Source: an uncultured Chloroflexia bacterium
GTDB lineage: Bacteria; Chloroflexota; Limnocylindria; Limnocylindrales; CSP1-4
Direction: 5' to 3'
DNA length: 64,000 bases
Assembly (NCBI GenBank): GCA_963814315.1
Contig: CAWFCG010000001.1
Location: 586,903 to 650,902 of the forward strand
The position numbers and the translations under genes were made by a program. The stretch's first letter is position 1. Each line of letters starts with the position of its first letter. Shown piece by piece: positions 19,268 to 30,729 of the stretch. The notes beneath the pieces are model-generated. The model was not told the origin of the DNA and did no database searches. It saw only the letters and a program-made list of their open reading frames with translations.

Positions 19268-19603
19268 GATGGCGATGAGTCCCTGCTCCCGGATCCCTCC
19301 TGGACGCGAGCGATACGGTCATAGCGGATATCCATGGAGTCCCCCGTTGAGTGGTCCAGATGAAGCCCAAGTATCGCCCGACGGCTCGATCTCGGTCGTC
19401 GACGGTCGGTTGGCGCGCGGGGTCCAGTCGCTGCTGGCTACCAGGCGGCCATGGGGCGAGGGTAGGGAAGTGCACGCAGCCGCTGGTCTTTGGTGATTCG
19501 TGCGCTCGGTTTGCATGCCAGACACGAGCACGACGAGGAACGCAGGTGAGGCGCCAGGTACATGACTGCCAGGCAATCCCGGACTGCGAGCCATGGGGCG
19601 CCG

Positions 19604-20884
19604 TCAACTCGTGGACAGCGCCTCGAACCCCGCGACACGCCATCGGTCCAGCCACTCGCGGCCGATGTGGACAGCCTCAAGGACCGCGCCCACATCATGG
19701 AGGTCAAGACCATCCGGCCAGCAGCCGCGGAGCAGCTCGGCATCGTCACGGCCGTCGGCACCAGACCGTCGCAGGACATCCAGCCCGGCAGCCACTCCCA
19801 TAGCGTAGCGCGGGGTCGACACACCTTCGGCGACCCCGAGGCGGATGAGGCCGATGAGTCGGTCATCCCAGCCCAGTTTCCGGCGCGGATCGCGAGCGGC
19901 GCGCTCGATGGTGTCGGCCAGGTACGGGTTGACCATGCGTTCCAACAGATCATCCGCGAAGGCCTCGAAGCCGGCGGCCGTGAAGAGATCGTCGGCCCCG
20001 GCCCAGCGCCGACGCAGGGTGGCACCGGACTCCTCGATGAAGGCGGCGCGCAAGAATCCCATGGCGCCGGGCACGTCGACCAGGTCGGCGAATAGGGTCA
20101 GGCCCAACGACTGACCCAGCAAGGCGCCGAGTGCGTGCGTGGCGTTGTGCCCCAGCAGCTTGGCGTCCTCGAAGGGTGCCAGGTCGTCCACTTCTCGCAA
20201 CACTGGCATCCCGGGATGGATCACGCCGGCCGGGTCCACGCGGGAGACGAGGATGCGGTCGAACTCCTCCACCAGGAATGCCGAAGGTAGCGCCGAGGTG
20301 ATGGTGGCGAGACCCAGCGACGTGATCTCTGCCGCATCGGTGATGACGCCGCTCATCTTGCCGATGACGGTGTCCACGTAGCGGGCACGTGGGCGGACGC
20401 GGACGCGCTCGCCGGCTGGGATCACCTCGAGCACGGCCTCTTCCAGCAACGCTGCTGCGCTGCGGTGGTTTTCCGCACAGTAGACGATCAGCGGCTGCGC
20501 CGCGGTGCGATCCTGGAGGCCCTCCGCGAGCAGCCGATGTGGGCTGTTGGCAGCATCGGAACGATAGAAGGCGACGCTGGGGAGCGCTGAGGCGAACTCG
20601 TCAGCAGCGGCGATGGCCTCGATGATTCGCGCACGTTCGGCAGTCACGGCCGAGTCGGCGACCTCGATCGGCCCCAGCTCGGCAACGTCGACCCGGTCGG
20701 CGCGAGCGATGTTGACACGAACTCGTCCGCCGGCAGCACGAGTACCGGCCACCAGATCTTCTCGCACGTCAACCACCAGCGGCGGCGCGTACTCGCCCGT
20801 TCGCTGCGCCTCGTAGACGAACAGGCCCGACCCGATGGCTCCGAATCCGAGCCCAACCAACCTTCGTGTGCCGCCGAAACCCAC
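19604..20884 (-). CDS. mannitol-dehydrogenase-family oxidoreductase (mannitol-1-P / polyol dehydrogenase-like)
   Basis: N-terminal Rossmann motif LGFGAIGSGLF. Size and C-terminal helical domain are typical of the PF01232/PF08125 family. Confidence 0.55.
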   Translation of the reverse strand: MGFGGTRRLVGLGFGAIGSGLFVYEAQRTGEYAPPLVVDVREDLVAGTRAAGGRVRVNIARADRVDVAELGPIEVADSAVTAERARIIEAIAAADEFASALPSVAFYRSDAANSPHRLLAEGLQDRTAAQPLIVYCAENHRSAAALLEEAVLEVIPAGERVRVRPRARYVDTVIGKMSGVITDAAEITSLGLATITSALPSAFLVEEFDRILVSRVDPAGVIHPGMPVLREVDDLAPFEDAKLLGHNATHALGALLGQSLGLTLFADLVDVPGAMGFLRAAFIEESGATLRRRWAGADDLFTAAGFEAFADDLLERMVNPYLADTIERAARDPRRKLGWDDRLIGLIRLGVAEGVSTPRYAMGVAAGLDVLRRSGADGRDDAELLRGCWPDGLDLHDVGAVLEAVHIGREWLDRWRVAGFEALSTS

Positions 20885-20888
20885 TCCC

Positions 20889-22163
20889 CTACCCCGCCGC
20901 GAGGTAGCGCCGCTCGTCGGCCGAGTCCCACCGGGTCACATCCTTGATGGCAGAGGAGCGCCGGTGTGGATAGACGATAGCTTTGCCCTGCACACGGCCT
21001 TCGCGGGCAATCTGCAGCAGCTCGGGCGCATGGGCCAGATCGCCGACGTGGCCGATGTGGGCAGCCGCGTCGATCTCACCAGCCGCCATCAGCCGCAACG
21101 TCTCGATGACGTCCCATGGGCCACCACCGGACGAGCCGGTGATGTTGATCTCCTGGTAATGCACGAAGCGCTCGTCGATGCCGATGGTCTCCTGGCCCGG
21201 GGGTAGACCGGCGAAGAGGTCGAGGACGCCGAAGCGCGCCACCAGATGCTGGACCAATTCCATGAGCGGCCCATCGGCGGCAGTGACGATGACATCGTCG
21301 GCGCCACGGCCGCCGCTGACGCGCTCGACCGTGGCCGTCAGGTCGCCGTCGCCGGCGACGACCGTCACCAGCTCGACACCGGCCGCGGCCGCACGCTCGC
21401 CGAACGTATCGTGGAGCCACTGGAGTCGCTCCGCGCGCCGGGCAGTGACGACGATGGCGCGTGGTCGCGCCGCGATGGCCAGATCGACGTGGATGCGGCC
21501 CATCGGCCCGGCGCCGATGATGACGGTGACGCCACCAGGCGCCAGGCCGGTCTGTGCGACCCGAGCCCGCGTACGATCGGGCTGCGAGAGGTGCATGTGA
21601 TGCGCGTGCGAGCTGATGATGCAGCTGATGGGTTCGGCGATGGCGGCGTGGCCGGCCGGCAGGGCGTCATCGGGAAGTGGCAGTAGGCAGCCAGCCGCCA
21701 GCACTTCTTCACCGATGAGGATGTACTCGGCGAGGAGGCCCGGAAGCGAGTAGCCGACCGCGATCTTGGCCACGCCGCGGCCGCCATCGTGATACCGATC
21801 GAGGTGGTTGATGGGTGAGTGGTCGACGGCCGGCTGCACCGAACAGCGCTGCCCTACGGACCACTGGTCACGAAGGCCGTCTCCGACCTCCACCAGCGTG
21901 ACCACGCCTTCGTCGCCCACGATGGCCGGATGCTGGGCGGGATCCCAGCCATGCATCAGCGGATGCTCAGCACCCTGGTCGATGAGCTTGTTGACCGACG
22001 TGCAGATACCGGCCGCATCGACCCGCGCCAGCAGTTGACCGGGCCCAGGTCGCGGCATGGGCAGACTGCGGACGGCGAGCTGATCGGTGCCGCGGCCAGA
22101 GAGCACCGTGGCCCGCATCTCCGTCGGCACCACCTCGACCTCTCCCGGCCTGATCACACTCAT
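20889..22163 (-). CDS. zinc-dependent medium-chain alcohol/polyol dehydrogenase (MDR family)
   Basis: GICTSVNKL and GDEGVVTLVEVG motifs. NAD-binding VIIGAGPMG. Confidence 0.7.
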   Translation of the reverse strand: MSVIRPGEVEVVPTEMRATVLSGRGTDQLAVRSLPMPRPGPGQLLARVDAAGICTSVNKLIDQGAEHPLMHGWDPAQHPAIVGDEGVVTLVEVGDGLRDQWSVGQRCSVQPAVDHSPINHLDRYHDGGRGVAKIAVGYSLPGLLAEYILIGEEVLAAGCLLPLPDDALPAGHAAIAEPISCIISSHAHHMHLSQPDRTRARVAQTGLAPGGVTVIIGAGPMGRIHVDLAIAARPRAIVVTARRAERLQWLHDTFGERAAAAGVELVTVVAGDGDLTATVERVSGGRGADDVIVTAADGPLMELVQHLVARFGVLDLFAGLPPGQETIGIDERFVHYQEINITGSSGGGPWDVIETLRLMAAGEIDAAAHIGHVGDLAHAPELLQIAREGRVQGKAIVYPHRRSSAIKDVTRWDSADERRYLAAG

Positions 22164-23095
22164 CGGGGCGGTTCCAGTCCAGCCAGCCGCCAGGCATCGG
22201 CAGGATCATCAGGCCCAGAGAACGTATCGATGGTGGTCGTGCACAGGGCGCCCATGGCCGCACCCAGCCGCGCCGCATCCTCGGCCCCAAGGCCGTGGAT
22301 CAGGCCAGTCAGCACACCGCCGGTGAAGGAATCGCCGGCCCCGGTGGTATCGATGGTGTCCACCTTGTAGGCCGGGATGTGACCCACGAAGTCATCGTGG
22401 TTGACCCAGGCGCCGCGCGGACCATCGGTGACGATGGCGAAGCGAACCCCCAGGTCACGCAAGGCAGCCGCCGCATCGGCCGGGTCAAAGACGCCGGTGA
22501 TGCCCACCACCTCGGCCAGGCTGGGCACGAAGAGGTCGGTGTACGGCAACGCCGGAAGCACCCGCTGCCACCGTCCGGTCGAGTCGTGGACCACGTCCAG
22601 GCTGGTGTGCAGCCCACGCGCCTTGGTGCGTTCGAACAAGCCGGCCAAGGGAGCACCGTCAGGGTCGTCCAACCCAGGCAAGACCAGCGCCCCGCCCACA
22701 TGGAGGTAGTCGCTGACCATTCGGGATTCGATGGACTCAGCGGTGATCGACGTATCGGCGCCAAGGTTGTGCAGCATCGTGCGCTCGCCATCGGCGTCCA
22801 CCGCCACCAGCGAGGTCGAGGTCGGGTACGGCGATGCGACGAACTCGACGTGCAGATGTGGTGCCGGCACGGTCTGGCGGAACGAGCGGCCGAAGATGTC
22901 ATCGCCCACGGGGATGATGAGCCGGGTCTCGATGCCCATGCCGGCCAGGACGCGGCCGGTGCGCAGTGCCGGCCCACCTTCGGCGGTCGAAAAGGTATCC
23001 ACGAGGCCCAGCACGCCGATAGGCAGCGGCCCCGTGGACTTGGCCAGGATGTCGAACACGGCGCTGCCGGCACAGGTGATCTGGATGTCGCTCAT
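22160..23095 (-). CDS. PfkB-family carbohydrate kinase (ribokinase/fructokinase-like)
   Basis: C-terminal DTTGAGDSFTGG anion-hole motif. 311 aa. Confidence 0.8.
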   Translation of the reverse strand: MSDIQITCAGSAVFDILAKSTGPLPIGVLGLVDTFSTAEGGPALRTGRVLAGMGIETRLIIPVGDDIFGRSFRQTVPAPHLHVEFVASPYPTSTSLVAVDADGERTMLHNLGADTSITAESIESRMVSDYLHVGGALVLPGLDDPDGAPLAGLFERTKARGLHTSLDVVHDSTGRWQRVLPALPYTDLFVPSLAEVVGITGVFDPADAAAALRDLGVRFAIVTDGPRGAWVNHDDFVGHIPAYKVDTIDTTGAGDSFTGGVLTGLIHGLGAEDAARLGAAMGALCTTTIDTFSGPDDPADAWRLAGLEPPR

Positions 23096-23116
23096 GTTCC
23101 GATGATAGGTCGGGCC

Positions 23117-24625
23117 CTACAGCCGGTGTGAGATGGGCGCGACCGCCGGATAGAGTTCGCGATATAGGTCGTACTGGCGGGAATACGCCTCGTGCCGCTT
23201 AGGATCCGGCCCATACGTGTCCGTCAGCTCCAGGAAGCGCTCGGCACCGTCGGCGGCAGACCCCCACAGCCCCGCCCCGGTACCCGCCAACAATGCCGCC
23301 CCGAATGCCGCCGCCTCGGTGATGCGCGGCGTGACCACAGGGATGCCGGTGATGTCGGCCTTCAGTTGCAGCCACAGCCGCGAACGCGCCCCACCGCCGA
23401 TCGCGCGCAACACGTCGATGGCCACGCCACCGTCGCGGAGGAGGTCCAGGTTGAGCCGCAGCTCGTAGGTGAGCCCCTCCAGGATGGCCTTGGCGATGTC
23501 AGCGCGGGATGTCGAGAACGTCAGGCCCAGGATGACGCCGCGGGAGGCCGTGTCGAAGGTGGGTGTGCCTGCGCCCGCGAAGTGCGGCAGGACCAACAGG
23601 CCGGATGGCTCCGCGGAGGCATCGGCCAGGATGACGTCGTACGCATCAGCACCCGACGCCGACGCACGATCGAGCTGTGGCTCACAGAAGCCATCGCGGA
23701 ACCAGCGCAGCGCCAGACCACCGCTGTGATTGAGCGTCATGGCCAGGAATAGTCTGGGCACGGTGGCGCGGTAGACCGAGACGTTGCCCTCATAGAGTGG
23801 CTCGGAGACGACGGGCGTGCCCAGCGCCACCTCCACGACCTCTGCCGTGCCCGTCGAGACCGATGCCAACCCGGGTCGAGTGAGTCCGACGCCCAGCGCG
23901 CCACAGGCCTGATCGTGGCCTCCGGTGACGACACCGGGAGGCGACGCCAACCCCAGTCGGTCGGCCAGGTCGGCGCGCATCTTGCCCACCAGCGTGCCCG
24001 AAGGCACGACGTCGGCCAGGCGGTCCGACGAGAGCTCCAACGCATCGAGGATCTCGGACGCCCAGCCCCCAGCACGGAGGTCGAACAGCTGGGTGCGTGA
24101 CGCCAGGCATTCGCTGATCACTGGGCGGCCGGTCATGCGCGCGATGAGGAAGTCCTCGACCAGCAGGAACCTGTCAGCCGCTGCCCAGACATCAGGCTCA
24201 TGCTCGCGAAGCCAGAGCAGCTTAGGCAGCGTGTTGACCGTGTGGATGGGCATCCCGGTCAGCTCGAAGAGGCTGCGCGCGCCGAAACGTTCGCGCAGCC
24301 AGGTGTTCTGCGCCTCGGTGCGGGTATCCATGCCCAGGATGGTCGGCCGCAGTGGCCGCCCGGCGGCATCCACCGGCGTGACCGCCTCACCGTGGACGGA
24401 CAAGCCGATGGCAGCAACGTCGCGCACCCCGGCCGCGGCAACAGCGTCGCCCATCGATTCGACGGCCAACGCCCACACCGCCTCGATGTCCTGTTCCGCC
24501 CACGTCGGCCGCGGGAAGTCCACGGCGTACTCGCGAGACGCGCCCGCGAGCAGCGTCCCGTCCTCGTCGAACACTACGGCCTTGCAGCCGGTGGTGCCGA
24601 CATCAAGCCCGATGAGGTTGGCCAT
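23117..24625 (-). CDS. FGGY-family sugar kinase (xylulokinase/fuculokinase-like)
   Basis: MANLIGLDVGTTGCKAVVFDEDG N-terminal motif and the FGGY C-terminal domain. 502 aa. Confidence 0.85.
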   Translation of the reverse strand: MANLIGLDVGTTGCKAVVFDEDGTLLAGASREYAVDFPRPTWAEQDIEAVWALAVESMGDAVAAAGVRDVAAIGLSVHGEAVTPVDAAGRPLRPTILGMDTRTEAQNTWLRERFGARSLFELTGMPIHTVNTLPKLLWLREHEPDVWAAADRFLLVEDFLIARMTGRPVISECLASRTQLFDLRAGGWASEILDALELSSDRLADVVPSGTLVGKMRADLADRLGLASPPGVVTGGHDQACGALGVGLTRPGLASVSTGTAEVVEVALGTPVVSEPLYEGNVSVYRATVPRLFLAMTLNHSGGLALRWFRDGFCEPQLDRASASGADAYDVILADASAEPSGLLVLPHFAGAGTPTFDTASRGVILGLTFSTSRADIAKAILEGLTYELRLNLDLLRDGGVAIDVLRAIGGGARSRLWLQLKADITGIPVVTPRITEAAAFGAALLAGTGAGLWGSAADGAERFLELTDTYGPDPKRHEAYSRQYDLYRELYPAVAPISHRL

Positions 24626-24628
24626 CAG

Positions 24629-25757
24629 CTAGGCGTACCGTAGGGCGGCCTGGTACATGGCCTCGATGCGATCAGGGGTGATGTCAGGCTGCAGGTTGTG
24701 GGCGGCGCAGAACACGTATCCGCCCCCAGCACCCAAGGTCTCGATGCTGTACTTGACCTCGCGGTCGATCTCTTCGGGCGTGGCCCCCGGCAGCACCTGC
24801 TGCACGTCGATACCGCCTCCCCAGAAGGCCAGCTCGGAGCCGAACTCCTGCTTCATGACCGCGATGTCCATCTTGGCGGCGCTGCGCTGGATGGGGTTCA
24901 AGGCATCCACACCGCAATCGATGAGGTCCCCGATGATGTCGAAGACCGAGCCACAGGAATGCATGAAGACCACCGCATCGGTCTTGGAGTGGATGAAGTC
25001 GTAGAGCTGCCGCAGATACGGCTTGATCTCCGAGCGGAACATCTCCGGCTTGACCCAGGTGCTCATCTGGGTGCCCAGGTCATCACCCTGCGCCACTACC
25101 TGTACGTACGGCTCGACGTGCTGCAGGAAGAGGTCCCAGAGCGCGATATCGGTCTGGGTCGATCTTGTCGAGGATGGCGTGCGCGAGCTCCTTGTTCCAG
25201 TAGAGGTCCATGCAGAACTGCTCGTAGCCGCGCATGAAGCAGGCGCCCTCGAAGGGGCCCAGACACATGATGTCCGCCACGACCGCGTAGTCGGTCTCCT
25301 CGAACAGTCGCTTCGCCTCGTCGGCGATACCCGCCACGCGACCCGGATCGTAGGGATCGGGCCATTGCACCCGATCGAGATCGCTGGGCCGCTCCAGGTT
25401 CGCGAATGGACGCTTGACCACGTCGTAGTAGAAGGAGGCCTTCTCCCAGGTCAGGTCGTACTCGTCGACGAAGCGGTCGTCCGGCAGCTCACGGGTCTCG
25501 AACTCCCAGGGCCCCTTGAGGTACACCGCGCGGGTATCGATGTCGTAGCGCTGCAGCAGGTCGTCGCGCGGATAGACCGTGTCCATCTGGCGGTGCGAGA
25601 TATGAGGCTCGTCATCCGGCGGCAGACCCAGGTGCGTGAGCAGGTTCTGGTAGGCGATGCGGGTGGCGGTAGTGACGATAGTCGAACCAAGGTCGATGGG
25701 CACGCGATCAGGCACCTGGTGGTTCAGCGTCGCAACGACGCGTTCCCGGTGGTTCAT
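24629..25757 (-). CDS. uroporphyrinogen-decarboxylase (URO-D)-family protein, with an apparent frameshift near 25150-25175 (ORFs 25083-25802 and 24629-25096)
   Basis: The N-terminal half ends ...ELAHAILDKI. The family-typical continuation (DIALWDLFLQHVEPYVQVVAQGDDLGTQMSTWV) is in the adjacent frame. A G/C run lies at the junction. Confidence 0.55.
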
Positions 25758-25832
25758 CTCACTCCTCTGCCTGGCTCCGATCCCAACCTGATTCGCCGTC
25801 ACCCGTTCTCGCCCGACCCGCCCGCGCCGCCG

Positions 25833-26852
25833 CTATGACGGAGCGGGCGCTGGTTTGGCCCTGGGTGGGCCGATATCGCCCTTCTCGACGCGGATGTTGC
25901 GCCGCTCCAGGCGACCGAGGATGCGCATGCGTTGAGCGTCGATGAAGACAGCGAAGAAGATGACCGAGGCCGCAACCATGTCCTGTAGGTAGAGGTCGAC
26001 CTGGAGATAGACCAGGCCGGTGGAGATCATCTGCACCAGCAGCACGCCGATGACGGTGCCGGGGAAGACGTTGCCGATGCCGCCGAAGAGGCTGGTGCCG
26101 CCCAGCACGGCCGCGGCGATGGCACGGAACTCCACGCCCTCGCCGATCCCGGCGCTGATGCTGCCCTGCTGACTGATGGCGATGACGCCAGCCAGCGACG
26201 CGCAGAAGCCGCTGATGACGTAGACCGACCCGGTCAGGCGGACGACGTTGAGACCGGCCTTCTTGGCGGCATCGATGTCGTTGCCCATGGCGTAGATCTG
26301 CCGCCCCGGCGCGGTGTAGCGCAGGAACAGGACCGCTGCGACAACGACGATGGCGAGCACGAACACTGGAAGCGGAATCCCGAAGACGTCAGTGGCCGCA
26401 TAGGCCATCACCGGGGGCAGGATGAACTGTCGCGATTCGGTCAGCAGCAAACCGATGCCACGACCGACCGTCAGTGTTGCCAGCGTGGCCACGAATGGCA
26501 CCAGTCCGACCTTGGCGATGAGGAAGGCGTTCACGAAGCCCCAGCTGGTACCGGCCACGATGCCGGCCAGGATGGCCACGAGGTAGTTGACGTCCTGTTG
26601 CAGGAGCGTGCCCACGACGGCGGCGGTGATGTACATGGTGGCGCCGACCGAGAGGTCGATGCCGCCAGTCAGAAGCACGGCGGTCATGCCCACCGCCAGC
26701 AGGCCTACGAAGGCTGACGTCTCCACGATATTGGAGAAGTTGTCGAGGCTGAAGAAGCGCTCGTCAAGCACGCTGAAGAGCACGAACACCAGCACGAACA
26801 GGATGGCTGGCATGTTGCGCAGAACGGGCATGGTCAGTCGATTGCTGGTCAT
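25833..26852 (-). CDS. sugar ABC transporter permease (RbsC/AraH-type)
   Basis: 339 aa, roughly 10 TM segments, branched-chain/ribose-type permease signature. ATGA overlap with the ATPase gene. Confidence 0.85.
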   Translation of the reverse strand: MTSNRLTMPVLRNMPAILFVLVFVLFSVLDERFFSLDNFSNIVETSAFVGLLAVGMTAVLLTGGIDLSVGATMYITAAVVGTLLQQDVNYLVAILAGIVAGTSWGFVNAFLIAKVGLVPFVATLATLTVGRGIGLLLTESRQFILPPVMAYAATDVFGIPLPVFVLAIVVVAAVLFLRYTAPGRQIYAMGNDIDAAKKAGLNVVRLTGSVYVISGFCASLAGVIAISQQGSISAGIGEGVEFRAIAAAVLGGTSLFGGIGNVFPGTVIGVLLVQMISTGLVYLQVDLYLQDMVAASVIFFAVFIDAQRMRILGRLERRNIRVEKGDIGPPRAKPAPAPS

Positions 26853-28360
26853 GCTGCGTGCTCCCTGAAGGCCGTTCGGATGATCGCCTCGCGGTCGAAG
26901 TCGGCTCGCTCGAAGGACCCCAGCACCTCACCCTGGCCCATGACGATGATGCGATCGCACATGCCCGTCAGCTCCTCGATCTCCGACGAGATGAAGAGCA
27001 CCGCGGTGCCTCGTGCTGCGATCTGGTCGATGATCTCGTAGATCTCGAACTTGGCACCCACATCCACGCCGCGGGTGGGCTCATCGATGATGAGGATGGA
27101 TGGCTCGGTCATGAGCCACTTGCCCAGCACCACCTTCTGCTGGTTGCCACCAGACAGGCCCTTGGCTTCGTTGCGGAAGGCGTCATTCACCTTGATGCTC
27201 AGCATGTCGACTGTCTCGCGCACCGACTTGGCCAAGGGGTTGGAGCGAACCCGCTTGAGCCAGCGCGTGGTGTACTCGGGCAGCGCCGCCAGACTGAGGT
27301 TGTCCGAGACGGTGGCCTCCATCATCAGGCCCTCTTCGCGCCGGTTCTCGGTCACGAAGGCCATGCCGCCCTTGATGTTGCTGGTCGGGTTGAGTGATTT
27401 GGCGACCTTGCCATCGATGAGGATCTCGCCCTCGTCGAAGTCCTCCAGGCCGAAGATGATCTCAGCCAGTTCGGAGCGACCCGAACCCATCAGGCCGAAG
27501 ACGCCCAGCACCTCACCCTTGTGCAACCCGAAGTCGATCTGGTGGCTGATGCCGGCCTTGGAGAGGTTGCGCACCTCGAGCATGAGGTCCTCGGTCGGTG
27601 CAGCCGTGCGTGCCGGAAAGAGGTTCTCGATGTCGCGCCCGACCATCGAGCTGATCATGCGATCGATGGTGAACTCATCGCGTGGTCCGGTGATGACCAG
27701 GTTGCCGTCTCTCAGCACGGCGATGGCATCGGAGAGTCGCATCACGTCGCCGAGGATGTGGCTGATGTAGAGGATCGTCTTGCCGTCATCGTGGAGACGG
27801 CCGATCAACCCGAAGAGCCGTTCGGTCTCGCGCGCCGTCAACGAGGTGGTGGGCTCGTCGAAGATGATGATGCCCGCGTCCGTCGAGAGTGCCTTGGCCA
27901 CCTCCACCAACTGGCGCTCACCGGGCGCTAGACGCTCGACGGCCATGTCGGGTGAGACTTCCAGGTCGACGAGTGCCAGGTACTCCTTCGCCCGGCGGTT
28001 GAGGTCGCGCCGGTTGAGGAGGGGCAGCTTGCCCGCGGTGGGGAAGTCGCTGATGAAGAAGTTCTCAGCGATGCTGAGGTTGGTGAAGAGGTTCAGCTCC
28101 TGGTGGATGAAGGCGATACCGGCGGCGTCAGCATCGGCCGGGTCGTCCGGGCGGTAGGGCTTGCCGTCGAGGAGCATCTGGCCGGACGTCGGCGGCACCA
28201 CGCCACCAAGGATGTTCATCAGGGTGGACTTGCCGGCGCCGTTCTCGCCGACCAAGCCGACGGTGCTGCCGCGTTCCACATCGAGGTCGATGCCCTTGAG
28301 CACCGGCACGCCGAAGAAGGCCTTCTCGATGCCCTGGAATTGCAGGATCAGGTCACTCAT
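26849..28360 (-). CDS. sugar ABC transporter ATP-binding protein with duplicated NBDs (RbsA/XylG-type)
   Basis: Start MSDLILQFQGIEKAF at 28358-28360 with GAGGA upstream. Two Walker A motifs (GENGAGKST, GLMGSGRS) and two LSGG signatures. The ORF-track N-terminal extension is Arg/His-rich junk. Confidence 0.9.
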   Translation of the reverse strand: MSDLILQFQGIEKAFFGVPVLKGIDLDVERGSTVGLVGENGAGKSTLMNILGGVVPPTSGQMLLDGKPYRPDDPADADAAGIAFIHQELNLFTNLSIAENFFISDFPTAGKLPLLNRRDLNRRAKEYLALVDLEVSPDMAVERLAPGERQLVEVAKALSTDAGIIIFDEPTTSLTARETERLFGLIGRLHDDGKTILYISHILGDVMRLSDAIAVLRDGNLVITGPRDEFTIDRMISSMVGRDIENLFPARTAAPTEDLMLEVRNLSKAGISHQIDFGLHKGEVLGVFGLMGSGRSELAEIIFGLEDFDEGEILIDGKVAKSLNPTSNIKGGMAFVTENRREEGLMMEATVSDNLSLAALPEYTTRWLKRVRSNPLAKSVRETVDMLSIKVNDAFRNEAKGLSGGNQQKVVLGKWLMTEPSILIIDEPTRGVDVGAKFEIYEIIDQIAARGTAVLFISSEIEELTGMCDRIIVMGQGEVLGSFERADFDREAIIRTAFREHAA

Positions 28361-28371
28361 GGCCAAGGTCC

Positions 28372-29463
<1,092 letters not shown>

Positions 29464-29600
29464 GTCGCCCGTTCCGTGCGGTTGCCGTGGTGGAGGTTCA
29501 TCGCTTCCCGGTTGATGAAGAGGATGGGGCGGACCGCCAGACGGCGGCCCGCGGCTCGGAAGAGGCGGCTCAGCGCCGCCCCTTCCGGAGTGCTAGATGG

Positions 29601-30650
29601 CTATTCGAGGACAGGCTCCTGGTCGGCGAGCAGGATGCAGCCCCACATGTCCATGGCACGGTCAGCGAAGTTGCCGGCCGTGAGGGCGAACCCGGGGTCA
29701 TCCAGCCACTGGTCGGGCTGGGTGTCGCCGGACTCGATGGCCGCGAGGAGCGCGTTCATCATGAGCTCGGCCTCGAGGTACAGGTCCTGTACGCCCGTCG
29801 AGTCGACGAAGCCGTCGCGGATCTGGCGGCAGGCGTTGACGTCGCCGTCGAGGCCGGCCATCAGGACGTGGTTGGGATCATCACGGGTGACCCACTTGCC
29901 CATCGGCTCGAGGATGCCCTTGATGGTCGGGAACAGGAAGTCCGATGAGGTGAACAGGAAGTCGATCTCGGGGTTGGCTGCCACAGCCGCCTGCAGGTTG
30001 GCCTGCGCGGTCGCGGCGTCCCACTTGGTGGGAACCTCGATGACCTCATTGAACAGGTCGGGGTTGGCGTTGATGACGTCGTAGAAGCCCTCATAGCGGC
30101 CGACCGCGTTGGGGTCACCAAGGTCGCCGACCATGATGAGTGGCGTCACCTTCTCCTTGCCCATCTCCATCGCCACGTCGGCGATGTACTGGGTCGCGTC
30201 GCGGGCGATGGTGCGGTTGTCCGCCTGGACGACGATGGCGGCGCCATCTTCGCTCTGCGGCGGGCGGTTGAAGATACCGATGGGGATGTCAGCCGCGTTG
30301 GCTTCTTCGATCAGCGTCAGTGCGATCGAGCCATCCTTGGGGATCACGAAGATGCCGTCGACTTCCTGCGCGATGCAGTCCTTCAGCAGCTCAAGCTGCT
30401 CGTTGGCGTCGGGGCCGTAGCGCTCCAGGACGTTGTGCCCCGCGGCTCGCAGCGTCTCGGTCATGGCCTTGTGGCCAGCCAGCCAGAACTCGGTCTCGAG
30501 ATCCTCGTGGATGAAGCAGATGTCGAATCCGCTACTGGCGGCCATGGACTCGTCCGGGGCGGTGCTTTCGTCCTGCGCCAGGGCCGGCATCGCGGACAGC
30601 GCGAGTGCGCCGGCCATGGTGAGCCCGATGATTCCCTTGAGATTCCGCAT
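29601..30650 (-). CDS. periplasmic monosaccharide-binding protein (RbsB/Peripla_BP_4-type)
   Basis: GGAGG sits 11 nt upstream of ATG 30648-30650. Signal peptide MRNLKGIIGLTMAGALALSAMPALAQ. Periplasmic-binding-protein fold motifs. Confidence 0.8.
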   Translation of the reverse strand: MRNLKGIIGLTMAGALALSAMPALAQDESTAPDESMAASSGFDICFIHEDLETEFWLAGHKAMTETLRAAGHNVLERYGPDANEQLELLKDCIAQEVDGIFVIPKDGSIALTLIEEANAADIPIGIFNRPPQSEDGAAIVVQADNRTIARDATQYIADVAMEMGKEKVTPLIMVGDLGDPNAVGRYEGFYDVINANPDLFNEVIEVPTKWDAATAQANLQAAVAANPEIDFLFTSSDFLFPTIKGILEPMGKWVTRDDPNHVLMAGLDGDVNACRQIRDGFVDSTGVQDLYLEAELMMNALLAAIESGDTQPDQWLDDPGFALTAGNFADRAMDMWGCILLADQEPVLE

Positions 30651-30729
30651 GAGTATTGACTCCTCCAAGATCTGTTCCCTAGATGGGCTTCTGACTCTCC
30701 GTTTGGCCTGCTAGCACCTCCTACGCTGG

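Noticed and set aside
17966-19324. 452-aa plus-strand ORF
   Set aside because: Antisense to the well-supported M24 peptidase gene. Low-complexity Arg/Gly/His composition.
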